Shown: positions 12,755 to 26,300 of the stretch, one piece after another
Position numbering within the stretch: position 1 is the stretch's first letter
How the letters are laid out: every line of letters starts with the position of its first letter
Assembly (NCBI GenBank): GCA_051362555.1
Contig: CM120644.1
Span: 19,366,534-19,430,533, forward strand
DNA: 64,000 nucleotides
Source: Lingula anatina
Lineage: Eukaryota; Animalia; Brachiopoda
Direction: 5' to 3'
Program-made: the position numbers and the translations under genes
The notes under the pieces: model-generated
Told to the model about the DNA's origin: nothing
The model's input: only the letters and a program-made list of their open reading frames with translations
Database searches by the model: none

Positions 12755-13478
12755 AATTACTTCACTCTTTACTGGATAGAGGAATATATTTTCTTAAAGA
12801 TATTTGCAAAGAAGTTTTATAACTACCTATTTTCCTACATATACTATCTCTCTCCTTCTCAAAAAGAATGAGAAAAATACACAAAACGTTTACTCCTACG
12901 ACTATATAACGCAGTTCAATTAACATGAAGAGCATATGAGATATGAAGAGCTGGCGAAAATGTGGAGGAAGCAAAATGGGGAAAATTTGGGGTATTTCCA
13001 AAACTAGTTTTAAGCATTCAAGCATCAAAAATAAATCACAAATAAGTTATCGTCAAATACCTAATATTAATATTTTACAACGTTGTACTAAATCGGTTGA
13101 AACTGATATATTCGTATACTTAGTATCTGGACCGCCTCGCATCCACTCCCTGGTCACTCAAAACTGATGAAGATGTGACATATATTTCTGGAGTTTTGGT
13201 TCAATACGATTCATGGGGGAGGAGGCAGGATATTTTGGACGCATTGTTTACTTAATTATCATCATTATCTGATAGGTGAACTCTCATTTGCAATTTGCTG
13301 CAATAAAAATTCATAGGATGTATTTGTGTTAGATATATTTCAAAACACGCCATTGATAAAATTAATCCCAAACCCTAACACCCCCACAATGAAACATTAT
13401 TTACGTCACTGGTTATGATCAAATTCACGTTTTTATCTGACCAGAGTTTAGTATATGTGCCCGACCTGAGTGAACTAT

Positions 13479-13493
13479 GGCGCCATCTGCTGG
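13479..13493 (-). promoter_or_regulatory. CTCF-binding motif
   Basis: CCAGCAGATGGCGCC matches the CTCF core CCASYAGRKGGCRS; identical at 42943-42957. Confidence 0.55.
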
Positions 13494-13591
13494 AATCAGC
13501 AGACTAAAACTTTATAAACTTTAAATCATGTGATCATATCTGAATGTACGATGTTGTAGTCTTCATTTACCTTCACAATGACAGATGAACT

Positions 13592-13596
<5 letters not shown>

Positions 13597-13633
<37 letters not shown>
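13597..13633. repeat. (TG)n microsatellite; others at ~43063, 58517, 59138, 59436 and 60327
   Basis: Direct reading. Confidence 0.95.
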
Positions 13634-13637
<4 letters not shown>

Positions 13638-16600
13638 CGTGGAACCTGGTCATGATAACGAAGGCGTTTATTTAAAAATTATCCCAGATTTTTACAGAGT
13701 TTTGGCCAGTGACAGGAAAGAAGGGTTGATTAGTTGGAGAAAAATACCACTTATCCCAGGAAAATCCGTGCAATATTTAGCGCATCAGCACAAACGCCGT
13801 GAAGATATGCTATGCCTATATTTTGCCGAAGCATTTTATTCAAATTGATATTTTTTCACTTTGCATCATACAACCAGTTATCATAACGCCAGTCTGTACT
13901 GTCATGCACAAGTTATAACAGTTTTATTCTACCTCCCCAATATCCTCCTGTCATTTCATGCTGTCAATATTGACATATACAAGATTTCAACATATATCAT
14001 ACCTCACATGATTCTTTCACATACAGCACTCGAATAACATATTTTATGTAGTAAAAGAAATGAAATTCCATTCGTATCAATTTTTTTCTTCGGAAATTGA
14101 TGTTTCAAATTGTTACGCCTCCGCCTGCCGTTTGGTAGAATACAGAAAAGGTGGTAATTATACGAGAAAGTTTGAAACAAGAGGAGGTATGTTAATCTGT
14201 TAAACTGATTGCATTCAGCAGAGTTGGATTGATCTACATAGAACGAAATGGAATGAAACCTTAGATTTATTAAAATGTTTCTTATTATTATTGTAGTGCT
14301 CTTAATATTTTATCTAGAACTTCAACCCACTGGGTATCAATATCTTATCAATAAATAAGAAATAATCATTATCATACAGGGTGATATTCTGGCGTCTGTT
14401 CTGTCTCAACATGATTGCGACGTCTACCACAGAATTGATGATAATGTGCTAGGTGTGACAAGACGTTGGTCGCTGTTGATTGTAGGCCAAAACAAACAAA
14501 TTATATTTTTATAAATATATGCCGATAAAGATATTTTTAATGCACTTCTCTTGGTGCTTTTTGCTCCTCATCTACGGATCAGAGTACAAGATCCTTATAT
14601 ACCAATGTAGAATAAATATTTAAGATGTAATATTACTTGCAAGGTCAACTACCAAAGCGCAAGACACAGTGCGTTTTTTCTATTTGTGTCCCACGCTAAA
14701 ATTTTAACGTCATAACGCCAAATATAATCCACATATTTCATGATTTGGCCACTTATTCAATGCCAGATTTTAGGGGTTGGCGTCAACTGGTAAATTATTG
14801 CATTTGGATTGTGTGGAAAATAAAAAAATGCAATCTTTCTTGAATTTGTTTTTTTTTTTTTTTTCTCAATTTCTTTATTATTCGCATAATCTTGTTATCT
14901 AAATCTTATTGCCGAATTGATCATTCAATATGGACATGAAAGTTATGGAAATTTCATAGCAGTTAAGTACCACATCCTCGCGATCTAACGTTAGACAAAT
15001 TCTCTGGCTCTCTCTCTCTCTCTCTCAAAATCAGCAGAGCCACAGACAAAATGCAAAAAAGAAAAAAACATTGGAATATGAGTTATTTATATCTTTAAAA
15101 CAATCATGATCAGTTTTTCCTATTTGATGGAACATATTAATAAAAGTGATCTTTACAGTACCTCTCGTGGGGAAGAGGGGGCGTACACCGGGGCTCTCGT
15201 CCAGAAGCCCTTCTCAGCCTTCTAGAATAGCTGTTACAAAATTCTTCCGAAGGACGGGTCGAGAAATGATTTATAATGAGAAGAAAATTGTTATTTTTCT
15301 TTGCGGAAATTATTTTGCTAGCTTCAAATATGTATTATTTTTATCAAATAATAGAAATTAAGGTAGCTTAGGTGATCAAGATTTCTGCGATTTGAAATCT
15401 CTGATGTGAACATCACTTCCGGACAACCTTATATTACTACAGGCAATCTTATATTTGCATATAAGAGAAAAATGCATTTTTTTCTGTTTTTGAGTCATGT
15501 ACAGTTTTTATTACTTTTGTAAACAACGATGTCCCTTTACCCTCACAACTTTCCAATTATTTGATCGACACGCCCTGTTTATTAATTCATTTATATAAAT
15601 TATAATCCTTCATATCACAGGCGTGAATCACGTTATCACGTCCAAGTCATAACATTGTTAAACTAGCGCCAATAACTGCAGCAGAGAATGTAGGTCAATT
15701 GCCTGTACAATTCTCCCAATAGCATTATTGATATTGGAACATTTTTAGGGAGAGGCGGACGGGTGAGAGACGTATTATTTCAACAGCAAAATATAAAGAA
15801 AGCATGGAGCTGCTATAATCAGAGGCTTTTACAATCTTTTAGACAAGTGTAAAAATTTCCCACTTTTTCAGTTCCAACGTGTAGCACTTTCAGACAATAT
15901 GATACATCTCTATGCCATCAGTGTCTCCCTAAAAATTTGTTGACCATGTTAACTGTTCAACTCCCGGCAGAAGATGAACCAGCCAACGATAGTTTTGATA
16001 CACAGGTGTAGGTGCCGCACCCTGAATTTCAGATCTTTATGCAATTAACCCTTGCCGTTTCAAGTAACTGGAAACGACAGGGGTATGCCATAGTGTAGAT
16101 GTTTGTTTCAAGATATCTTTGACTCAGGGTGAGAAGCCGCTCAGGGGCGAGACGGGAGGAGAGGGGGGGGGCCTTAACCCTTTCACAACCAACTGCGTCA
16201 CTCCTCAGCAGGGGGCGAATGCGTTCCCTCAGCACTAACCAGTCAATTTATTTAAGTATCTTTCACTATTATTATACATTTTCAAACTTTAATTAGGGTG
16301 TATTTGTAACCCATAGGGTATATTTGTAACCCATGAAAGCTACTTTTTATTTACCCGAGATGCGTCAATCATTCTATTATTTAGCGTGATCTGTGAAGTC
16401 TATTTCATGACACGAAGTAGGAGCCGGAATGTGGGGTGTAAGGGGGGGGGAGGCGTTCCATCAGCACCAGGGTCTACCGCAGCACTATTTCCACCCTGGT
16501 CCGGCAACCCAAGGCCTTCACTTAGTGGTCAGTTGTTAACAAGTCGGGAAGACAGCACTAAGGACACTCAGGTAAACTGACCATTAGTGATGAGGTCGTC

Positions 16601-17478
16601 ATGCAGTTGACCACAATACAGAGGTCTTTGTCATTGGGTTATATTTGTATTTTTCATAGATTTTATATCAATTCTAAGTTTATATATGATCTCAATTATT
16701 ACCTGTGATCAGACATGAAATTTTGACCCACTGATACAGAATATTAGGTGGACTTGTGTTCAGTTGATGGTCAGAAAACCTGGGAACAGTGATAATACAT
16801 TGACTTCTTTTAGACAAAGCATATAGTTTTACATCTACAGGGATAATTCCTTTTTTTTTTTTTTCATTTTTCTTTTTTTTTTTTGTTTTTTTTTTTTGAG
16901 ATTTTAAACTCTTTCAACATCTGACTTGCCTATCTGTCATTGAATCTGTTTCTTTAAAGTTTGTAATAAGTGCCGTCTTCTGTCTTGTTTTATCAAATCA
17001 TTGGAGTTTGATATTTTGTTGAATAAACAAAAAGACGTTTTTTTTTCAACTTTTTATTCTGTCTATAAGTCATTGGATATACAAATTTTATACATTAAAT
17101 AAAAATGAAATAATTGAAATTGTTTTTATCTGGTAAACATGTAAATTCTTTGAAAATGAAACACTTGTCTATTTCTCTTTCTGTTTCCAACAATAAAGAT
17201 GGAAGAGAGGGATTTTCTAGCATAATATATATAATATGTATTTGACTAAGTAAAATTCTATTTTTCATAGATATTCTATCATAGATAGTGTGTCTGATCA
17301 TGGAAGTAATTGGTCTGATAAAAACTGAACCTACACAGTATAAAAGTAATAACTATTGATTACCACTGAACATAAAAAATTGTATCAATTACAAAATGTG
17401 TTTCTTTTTCAATTGTCCAAAAATAGCAAAGTTATAAGGTAATTAGTTTGTTTCTGTTTTTGTCATCTGAACATATCA

Positions 17479-18938
17479 TTAAGAGTTGTAGAAAGGATTT
17501 TTTATAATTGTTGTGATGAGACCTGGTGTGGTCCTTTTTATGCCAGTAAGTATTTCATAGACATCATTGTCAGTAATGATGGTGATATTCTCCGTGGTAA
17601 AAGTGTCATCATCTTTATGATAGTATTCTGTTCTTTCCTCTTTACATATATGATGGGTTATGGCAATATTGTTTGTCAGTTTATTTTCCACATTACTTAT
17701 TACATCCGTCTCTCCCTCTGAATTTAGAACATTGTTATGCCCACTTTCCTTGCCAAAAGTTCCATGTATATTATTAGAAACATGTTTTCTTTTGATGTGC
17801 ATTGTTTCATGTGTTCTGCAATTATTCCCTTGACTGAATTCTACTCCACATTTGTCTGGTTTCTCACAAGTGTGCATTCTTTTAGGGCTAGTGCAGGCCA
17901 ATTTTGTTATGATCTCTTTGTCACAGTTCTTGCATGTATCATGCTTTTCTCCAGTATGAATGGTTTCATGGACAGTGCAGAAACCTTGTGTAAAACTTTT
18001 GTCTCCAGTGTTAATTGTTTCATGGTAAGTGCAATTCCCTTTTGTAGTGAAAGTCTTCGTAGAAAGTCTATGCTTCAAAGGTCTGTCTCCAATGTGAATT
18101 TTTTCATGATAAGTGCATTTAGTTTTATCATTAAAAGTTTTGTCACAGAATCTACATTTGTAAGGTTTGTCTCCGGTATGAATTCTTTCATGCACAATGC
18201 AGTGGCTTTTTTGAGTAAAAGTTTTGTCACAGAATACACACTTAAAAGGTTTCTCTCCTGTGTGAATTCTCTCATGACGTATGCAAAAAGTTTTCTCTGT
18301 AAAAGTTTTGTCACAGAATCTACACTTGTAAGGTTTGTCCCGGTATGAATTCTTTCGTGTTCAGCGCAATTGCTTTTTTGAGTAAAAGTTTTGTCACAGA
18401 ATCTACACTTAAAAGGTCTCTCTCCTGTGTGAATTCTCTCATGACGTATGCAAAAAGTTTTCTCTGTAAAAGTTTTTTCACAGAATCTACACTTGTGAGG
18501 TTTCTCTCCAGTATGAATTCTTTCATGCACAGTGCAATGACCTTTTTGAGTAAAAGCCTTGTCACAGAATCTACACTTGTAAGGTCTCTCTCCTGTGTGG
18601 ATTCTCTCATGATATATGCAATTAGTTTTGTCTCTGAAAGTTTTATCACAGAATCTGCACTTGTAAGGTTTCTCTCCTGTGTGAATTCTCTCATGATATT
18701 TGCAAGATTTTTTGTCTTTAAAAGTCTTGTCACAGAATCTACACTTAAAAGGTCTTTCTCCTGTGTGAATTCTCTCATGACGTATGCAAAAAGTTTTCTC
18801 CGTAAAAGTTTTGTCACAGAATCCACACTTGTAAGGTTTGTCTCCAGTATGAATTCTTTCATGCACTGTGCAATGGCCTTTTTGAGTAAAAGTCTTGTCA
18901 CAGAATCTACACTTGTAAGGTCTCTCTCCTGTGCACAT
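17479..18938 (-). pseudogene. C2H2 zinc-finger array gene, copy 1: 10 intact and ~4 degenerate fingers, 1-nt frameshift near 18340
   Basis: Repeats YKCRFCDKTFxxKxxCxxHERIHTGE(K/R)P. After finger 7 the linker reads ACCGGGACAAA, one base short of the usual ACCGGAGACAAA; fingers 8-10 and the tail continue in the frame of ORF 17479..18195. Confidence 0.85.
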
Positions 18939-19689
18939 TTTTTACTGAATGGTGTACATGTAAGTACTTAATTGGTGGTATAAAAGTCTTGTTACAGAAT
19001 CTATACTTGTTAAGTTTCTCTCCAGTATAATTATTTTCTTGAATTTCATGAGTTACACTGAGTCCCAATTCCAAGGCTACTTTTCACATAATTTCCCCTT
19101 TTTTTGGTTTTCATTCCTTTTCCAGAAAAAAATCCTGACGGTCGTTGTTACACTACTGTCTTACATTTTGCTTTAAGCCAGTCAGTCACTTGGGTAAGGT
19201 GCTAAGACTTATCGAGGCTTGATATGTCCTCTCTAATACTGTAATTGTGTTCACAATTCAACTCTCAGAGCACCGTAAGATTATCCATTTGGATTCTGTC
19301 AGAACTTGTCATTAACATTACCAATGCACCTAGTTTTTGTACTGAGCAATGCATAAAGTTTTTAGTAGGAATTCCCTGTTTAAAATCTTGAATGCAGTCA
19401 TTCTATTGGACGATGTTAACTGCTGGTTACAGTGGACATATCTGATTGGTTGAAGTCATTTCTCTCCAGATGCCATAACTTAAGGATGTTATCTGCATAA
19501 CCCACTGCATATAATTATCTGTTATTACTTCACTAAGCATTGGTAAACATGTAAAATGACATTCCAGCTAGCTAGCTAGTTAAAAGACAAGAAGTGATTT
19601 TATCAGTTAGTTTGTATTTGTCACACATGCCAGGCTGGTTCTGTACATGATGTGAAAAGTCATTCAATTAATTCAATTTGTGAAACCCT

Positions 19690-19848
19690 TCAGCAGCCAG
19701 CAGTTTCAAAAGGGGGGTTCTTTTTCTGAAAAAAAAAAAAAAATGGACCTTTTACTATCCATTCTTCGTGTACTTAGATATAATTTTGCTCAGAGGGAAC
19801 ATTTTCCCAGCAAAAAGGGGCCCCACACACCCCCTGGCTACTGGGCTT
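19690..19848. mobile_element. Older copy of the CAGG MITE family, shared by both duplicates (also ~50685-50834)
   Basis: Internal aaagggggg..ttctttttctgaaaaaa..ggacctttta and right end cccctggctactgggc(t/c)tg. Confidence 0.65.
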
Positions 19849-20048
19849 GTTCAGGTTAAGAAATTTATAAAAATAATTAGTTCAGTTATAGGTATTAAAA
19901 CTATATTCATGAACTCCACCAAGGCATGTTACTTTTTAAAAGGAGCAAGAATAGATCTATTTTAAAGGGATAATAACTCTTTGTTTTGGCCAAAAAAATG
20001 ATTTTTCCAGGAGTAAACAACAATTTTTCCATACTTACCAATGGTGAA

Positions 20049-20225
20049 CAGGCCTGTAGCCAGCAATGTCAGAGGGGGGGGGGGGGGGGGTCCTTTTCTG
20101 AAAAAGTGAACCTTTTACCATAAAATCCTCAAGTACATAGGTCAAATTTTACCCAGAGTGGACCTTTTCCCAGCAAAAAGAGTGGTTCTTTTGAACCCCC
20201 CGGAACCCCCCTGGCTACAGGCCTA
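20049..20225. mobile_element. CAGG MITE with 5-bp TSD, specific to copy 1
   Basis: TIR CAGGCCTGTAGCC / GGCTACAGGCCT(a); flanks GTGAA / GTTAA; the empty site in copy 2 has a single GTTAA (51121-51125). Confidence 0.85.
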
Positions 20226-20754
20226 GTTAATGAATCCATTTTTACATTCAATTTTAGTCCCTGTTTTTTTTCTTTTTTTTTTTTTTATAATCTCTTAAGA
20301 GATTATAACAGAGTATAGCCATCAATGGAGATCAGGTGGTCTAAAGACAAGCTCAAATATCAGAATAATAGCTATAACTGTCATTTTTGTGGTAAAACAG
20401 AATATATTATATTTCTATAAGTTGTTCATAATGTTTTAATTGTGAAATATAGATCTCATACAAAGAGTTATTATCCCTTTAATGTGTGTGCATGTGCAAT
20501 TTTTTTTACTTTTTGTGACTGTATTTTTGCCAGCTTTTCTGTTTCAAACATAATTTATCCCTCTCAGCTTATGACCATGTTAAGTTTTATCTTTCAGATG
20601 AGTGCACCAATAGGCCAGGGAAACACTTTTCATTGAAAATAGCTGTAATATCAGTGATCCACCACACAATTAAGACAGAGATGGAAGCCCACCTACAAGG
20701 TACCCCAGATATGTACATGTACATTATGTATGGTTAAGTTCATGGTTTACTCAC

Positions 20755-21135
20755 AGTGAATAGTACCAGTGTTAAATGAACTGTTTTGTCTAGTTGATAA
20801 CAACTTAAAATATTGAAAGCTTTCTGACATGAAAGTTTGTACAGATGATCAGAAAACCAACAGAGTTTGTGAAGAGTGAAAAAAAAAACATTTACTTCTT
20901 TTACCTGTTGTTAAAGGGAACACTTTGATTGCTTTTAGAATTTTTAAAATCTTTGCTGATGTTGTTGAAATTTTGGTTGCTGTTTGGTGTCTCTGTTTTT
21001 GCCAGTTTTGATGTCGAGTTGTTTTTTCTGTCAAAATCTTGGCTCATTTCTTGTGGAAGTCGTGAGAAAGGACCAAACGTTGTTGTTGGTTGCTGAGGCT
21101 CTGGACGCCATCTTTGATGTGAACCATCTGGACCT
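20755..21135 (-). other. Probable upstream exon of the zinc-finger gene (degenerate coding or UTR); paralog ~51645-52025
   Basis: ACAACAG| acceptor and |GTGAGT donor kept in both duplicates; reading frames are interrupted. Confidence 0.4.
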
Positions 21136-22081
21136 GTTGTCATGGAGATCAGGGTAACAGACAAACAAATTAATTAATTTAATCAAATACTTATGTCAGG
21201 AGCAGTTGCCTTATCTGCATAGTGGACAATATGAAAAAGTGTCATGTTTTGCTCACTAAAATAATTCATGCAGTTGGGTATTTAATATATTATTTTACAG
21301 TGTAATGATATCTTTATTTAAAGACATTTTGATCAATTAAAGCGATGGATATCTTCAGAAGAAATTGTGACATTTTTCCAGATATATCAACTAAAGAGAA
21401 ACCTAGGAGACTACCTTCTTATCAGCATGACAGCAAGGAAAAATCTGATGTACTTCATCAAATGCAAATCTTGACCAGTAGAACTAATAAGGACATGTTT
21501 TTATTCTCAAAGTTACTTACAACTCAACAGTAATTTGGATCACAGAAATAATTAGTGAACCACTTCAAGTTCCATAGTTTTCTGGTGTTCAGTTTGATAT
21601 CAGGCAACACTGATATTTAGTATTAATATTTTTTATTATTTTTTCCACAACTTTTATGATAGTCCCATTAGAAGATTTGTGTGTTATCACAAGGTACTGA
21701 TGTAAAACTTGTCTTTTTGTTCTTAGCCTTTTCTGTCAAAATTAAATATCAAAATGTGTGGGACTGTATTGTCTGTTTAAACTTTGACCCACTAACTGAG
21801 ACAATCAAGTGATTAAATTTCTTTTCTGATTGCTCATAAGCAATATGATTTTTTTTTTTTGAAGAAGAAATTATGGTTTTTGTGAGGCTTAAGTAGTTGA
21901 ATTATTGTCTACTCCACATTGAATTGGTTTGATTTTATTAAACTTTGTATAACACTCTAGTATTCTATAAATTATACTGTTTTAAATGGATGGCAATGTT
22001 CATAAAATAAATTTCCTTTGTTTAATGTGAAGCTGAAGATATTACATTGTTGTTGGAAATATTGATTATTGGTTTAATTTA

Positions 22082-22340
22082 ACTAGAATGTGTGCATTGC
22101 ATGGTAGTATAATATTCCCTTATAGTTTTAAGCTGGTTTGAATATTAAAAAACATTTAAAAAATTGATTATTGACCCGGATCACCGCCAAAAACTAATCA
22201 TCTGTACATGTTCCTTGGCCCACTTCTGACAGTTCCTGAAAATTTCATCAACATTGGTCCATAGTTTTTGAGTTATGTTGATGACAGACAAACAAACAAA
22301 CAAACAGGGGTGAAAACATAACCTCCTTGACGGAGGCAAC
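22082..22340 (-). mobile_element. Helentron-associated non-autonomous element (HINE/DINE-like)
   Basis: Minus strand starts cctccgtcaaggaggttatgttttcacccctg(tttg)n tctgtcatcaacataactc and ends CTAG; same family as 55865-56053. Confidence 0.7.
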
Positions 22341-23260
22341 AAACTACAGTATGCTCATCTACTCAGGGGTACAGTGCTTGAGTAATGAATATCAGCATGC
22401 ATGACAACTTTTTTGTGTTAATACGGATTACCTCATTTATTTGGAATAAAGATCTGTCTTAAAATGTATAGACGTGACAAGATGGCTTGATTTAGCATAA
22501 TAAACTTATGGTACGATATGTGTAAAAAGTGGGTAAAAAGTGCATTCTGTCTTCCCTAACACAATCCCACGCAGTTGTCAGTCATTCCGCCATTCTACAT
22601 GTGAAATCAGATTGCTAAACTTGGTCGCTTGATATCTAGTATAATGACCGTGTTTGTAGTAAACCCGGGTCACCTTCCTGGGATGGGGATCCATGATTGT
22701 ATCTTATCATATAGATGTAGTGAAACTCAATCAGATTACGTACATCTTAGTGGATGAGCTAAACGAAATCGATCGTACGAGGAGAACATATTTACTTCGA
22801 ATAGTCTCATAAAGAAAAAAAAAACGGACAAACTCTTCGTAGCATTAATTAATCTAAATTATGTTTTGGTGTTATTGACAGAGAGTTAATGTTCTATAAT
22901 GATCATAGGTTTGATTGTAACATTCTACCTGAGGTGTGCAATCAGCTGAGCTAACCCCGACGAAAGCGACAAGACGGACACAGAAATATGGAAGTGATAA
23001 TATAACTTGTTTTATCTGTTGATTAAAACAGGATGTTATTATACAGTTGATGAAATTCTATTAAACGTTTTACCGATAGACAAAATCAAACTTTGAAAGA
23101 CTTTATTTGAAATAAAACAAAATCACGTACTGGCCAATTTAAGTTTTCATTATTTTGTGTAGACAAAGCATATTGCTGATACATTACTTTAAAAAACCGA
23201 AATGTTTCTTACCTAAGCATTGAAAAAAAAAAACAATTTGGAAATTAAAAGTAACAGCAT

Positions 23261-23303
<43 letters not shown>

Positions 23304-26300
23304 GTGTGTGTGGGAGAGAGAGAGGGAGAGAGTTCAGATGGGAGACGTACTCAGTAGGGTGTCCGAAGAAACCTCCTTCTTTGGCTATTATCGATGTTGA
23401 CAGGTATGATAATCTGTAAAAATCCAAGAAAAACTAAAACTTTATATAATAATTGAAAATATTGATTGAGGCACAGAATATTCAGAATGAATGGTATTAA
23501 AAGTAAAACCTTGTTCACTTTTTCATGACAGCCAGATAAACTCCGCTGGGCAACGGTGTTATCACGTTATCCATATACACGTACATGTAATTGCCAGTTA
23601 TTTAGAAAGGGCCGATTAGATTCAGTATTGCGATAAAATATTGTATTAATGAAGTATTGTTTAGCCCATAACATGTTGGGACACAGGTTTCTCGGTGTTT
23701 ATTTATTTATCTATTTATTTGCTGGTGGCTCCGAACGGAACTAGGATTTATCCGTTCCATGTCAACAAACAGGATTATAGGTACGCCTATTGATCGATAA
23801 AAAATGTCAACATTCATCTTCTTTCCCTGGTGTTGAGTTTTGTGGAAGTAATATATCAAAGAAATATCAACTGCACAATGAAAGACGCATGCAAAATATT
23901 TGTGGAATAAATTGGTGTATTTTAACAAGAAGTGGACCTCAGTCTAATCTTCATGTACATGTCTTTGACCGTGTAGGCCTACATTCGTGAACAATTTCTG
24001 CCACAGTCCCTCACCTAAAATGGGGATGTCCCTAAAATGGGCCATACCTATCTGTAATTTGCATAACAATAAGTTGCTCATCGTAGTGTGAGCTGTCTTT
24101 CCGAAGACTCACTAGGCAGTAGGACACATCAGGGTGAAGACGCAACAGCAATGTGTGGTACAGTTGCAAGGCCGAGCTTTTATGAGACGAAGACACAAAT
24201 TCATGTTTCGTAAGTATCACATTTTCTTCAGTAACTTTAGTCAGTGGATATAAAAAGCGTAAAAGAATGCAAGGAAAATTACGACAAGTATTTATGTTGC
24301 GATTCTTTGTTATGTTTTGCCTGTCGTTTCTTTTATGTCACTCAGAATATTAGCTAGCATATTAGTAGATGGGAATATTACCACAGATATCACGGACTAA
24401 TTTAGATGGTAATACTGTACTTGTCAAAGTTCTGAGTTTTTAGTCCAAAGACAAGTGTGCCCTATCAACGTGTACATCAATTTTATGATCAAAATATGGC
24501 GCACAAACGTGTGTTGCATAGCGATTTTAGATATTTTAACATTGATAAGTAGGTAAAATAAATTAACGTCTCTAGTAATAACTTCCACGCATTAAAGAAT
24601 TGTTTTCAATATTTATTTTTCCAAAGCAAGATATCTCAAATATCTTTATCAATAACTTCAGATCTTAATTTTGGCGTAAGGTAACCTTGATGTAGAGGGT
24701 GATTTTGAGGGGCGCTATCTGAGTCTGAACATAGGACAAGTCACTAAACACATCATTTCAAGTGCCCTTTTCTCTTTGATGTAAAATGCATTTGTTGTAT
24801 TTTCCGAGTCAAATATTGTTTACATTACTTTCTCATTTCAGAAGTCCGCTGAGATACTGAGTACTGCACGACGACCGCCTGCTAGCAACCAAGCTTTTCA
24901 TTCACTTTCTGGTACCAAACGCACAATCCTTCATCTATTGTATTTTAATAAAAGCTGAATAGATACGTTTGTATTTACTTGTTTTTTTTTTTTAAACTTT
25001 GCTATGAAATAATGTCTATAAGATTGTGGTAATAATAAAGGGTAAAATTATAAAGATATGATAACGTTTGACCACTTTCATGTTTAATCTGCTACAACTG
25101 ATTTGTAAATATTGTTTGGGATTGTCGATTTTTGCAGTAACAGAAGATATCTAAAACCAAAAGGTTTGTAAATATTCCTGATATTTTGTAAATTATTGAG
25201 TTTGAGCATTTTAACAATACACGTTCAAGATTTTTCAACAGCACACATTTATAGATATAATCTGTATGAATTTACGATTTTGCTTTTTGAAAAGCTATTC
25301 TGTATTTTATTCAGTAATTGGACATTTTTGTATATCTCTTGGAATAAATTAGTTCTTTCTCCCGGATATCATTTTCGGAGTTTAAAAATGGGTCCATTGA
25401 AGGGTTCTGATTTTTGCTACAGAAAATCGATTCAAATTTCACGATATTGATGAATACTTCAATTTAAATTTTAAATGAAAAAAATGAGAAAGTTGAGAGA
25501 CACACATCAAATGGTAACAGTTGGAATTTGCTTCTCCGAAAAAATTTAGTCTGTATATTTCAATCTATTTGAAAAGGTCTTATTAAAATGCTTGAAATAT
25601 ATTGATCCCTTCATTAAATTTTGTGACCATACAGTCCCAAATGTGCAGACAAAAAGGTTATATTTATATTAAATTGTAGTAAAGCAAATTTTGAGACCAA
25701 AAATTTAATGATTATTTCTGTATGATACAGGTTAATATGCCCTCAAAACTTTGCTAACACACATTTTTCAAAAATTGTGATCTTTCAAAAAGCTAATTCC
25801 ACCGACATTATAATGTTATTTTTGTGATGATTTTACTTGCATGCGCTCCTCAAATCGAATGTACCGTACTTGGATTAAGAATGTGTACATTTATCCCGTG
25901 GACCATTTGAAGATTACACTGCGATTAATGCGGTGGAAAATACAATAGAGAGAGTGTATAATGATAGGGTCGCTAAACGATTGTTGACGGCATATAGTAA
26001 CTAGCCTAATCCCCTGGTCGCCTGGGTATCCACGCCCCCTTAGAGTACTTATGTAAACAAACGGTCTCCCGTAGCGAACTATCCTTTTGTTCAACAGCTT
26101 CGCGCGTGCAGCTGATTATGTATGTAGTGACACTATAGTTAACTGCATATAAATTTGTGCTAGCTGTTATTTGTGTCGGATGTTGTGGATCAGCCCACTG
26201 GTTCGTTGACTTATGTTTTTCTGAAGATTTGTGGTGCAGATTTTGAGTGCTTAATTATTTACCCTCCTTCTAACAAGAGAAAGGGGAAGGGAGATAAAAA

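Larger units (their letters stand above)
7305..21550 (+). repeat. Segmental duplication, copy 1 (direct repeat of ~34945-56880)
   Basis: Continuous colinear similarity from ctcaactt.taattt...cctactcag.tctattcggg to ttattctcaaagt.act..aactc...cagta.ttgg.atca.agaaat, interrupted by copy-specific insertions and deletions. Confidence 0.95.

Noticed and set aside
13160-13200. Hammerhead ribozyme core (CTGATGA)
   Set aside because: No matching GAAA with a stem II or other supporting helices.
17737-18971. Long plus-strand and alternative-frame ORFs over the fingers (also 48863..49969, 48715..49470, 49531..49923)
   Set aside because: Shadow frames of the 84-bp finger repeat.
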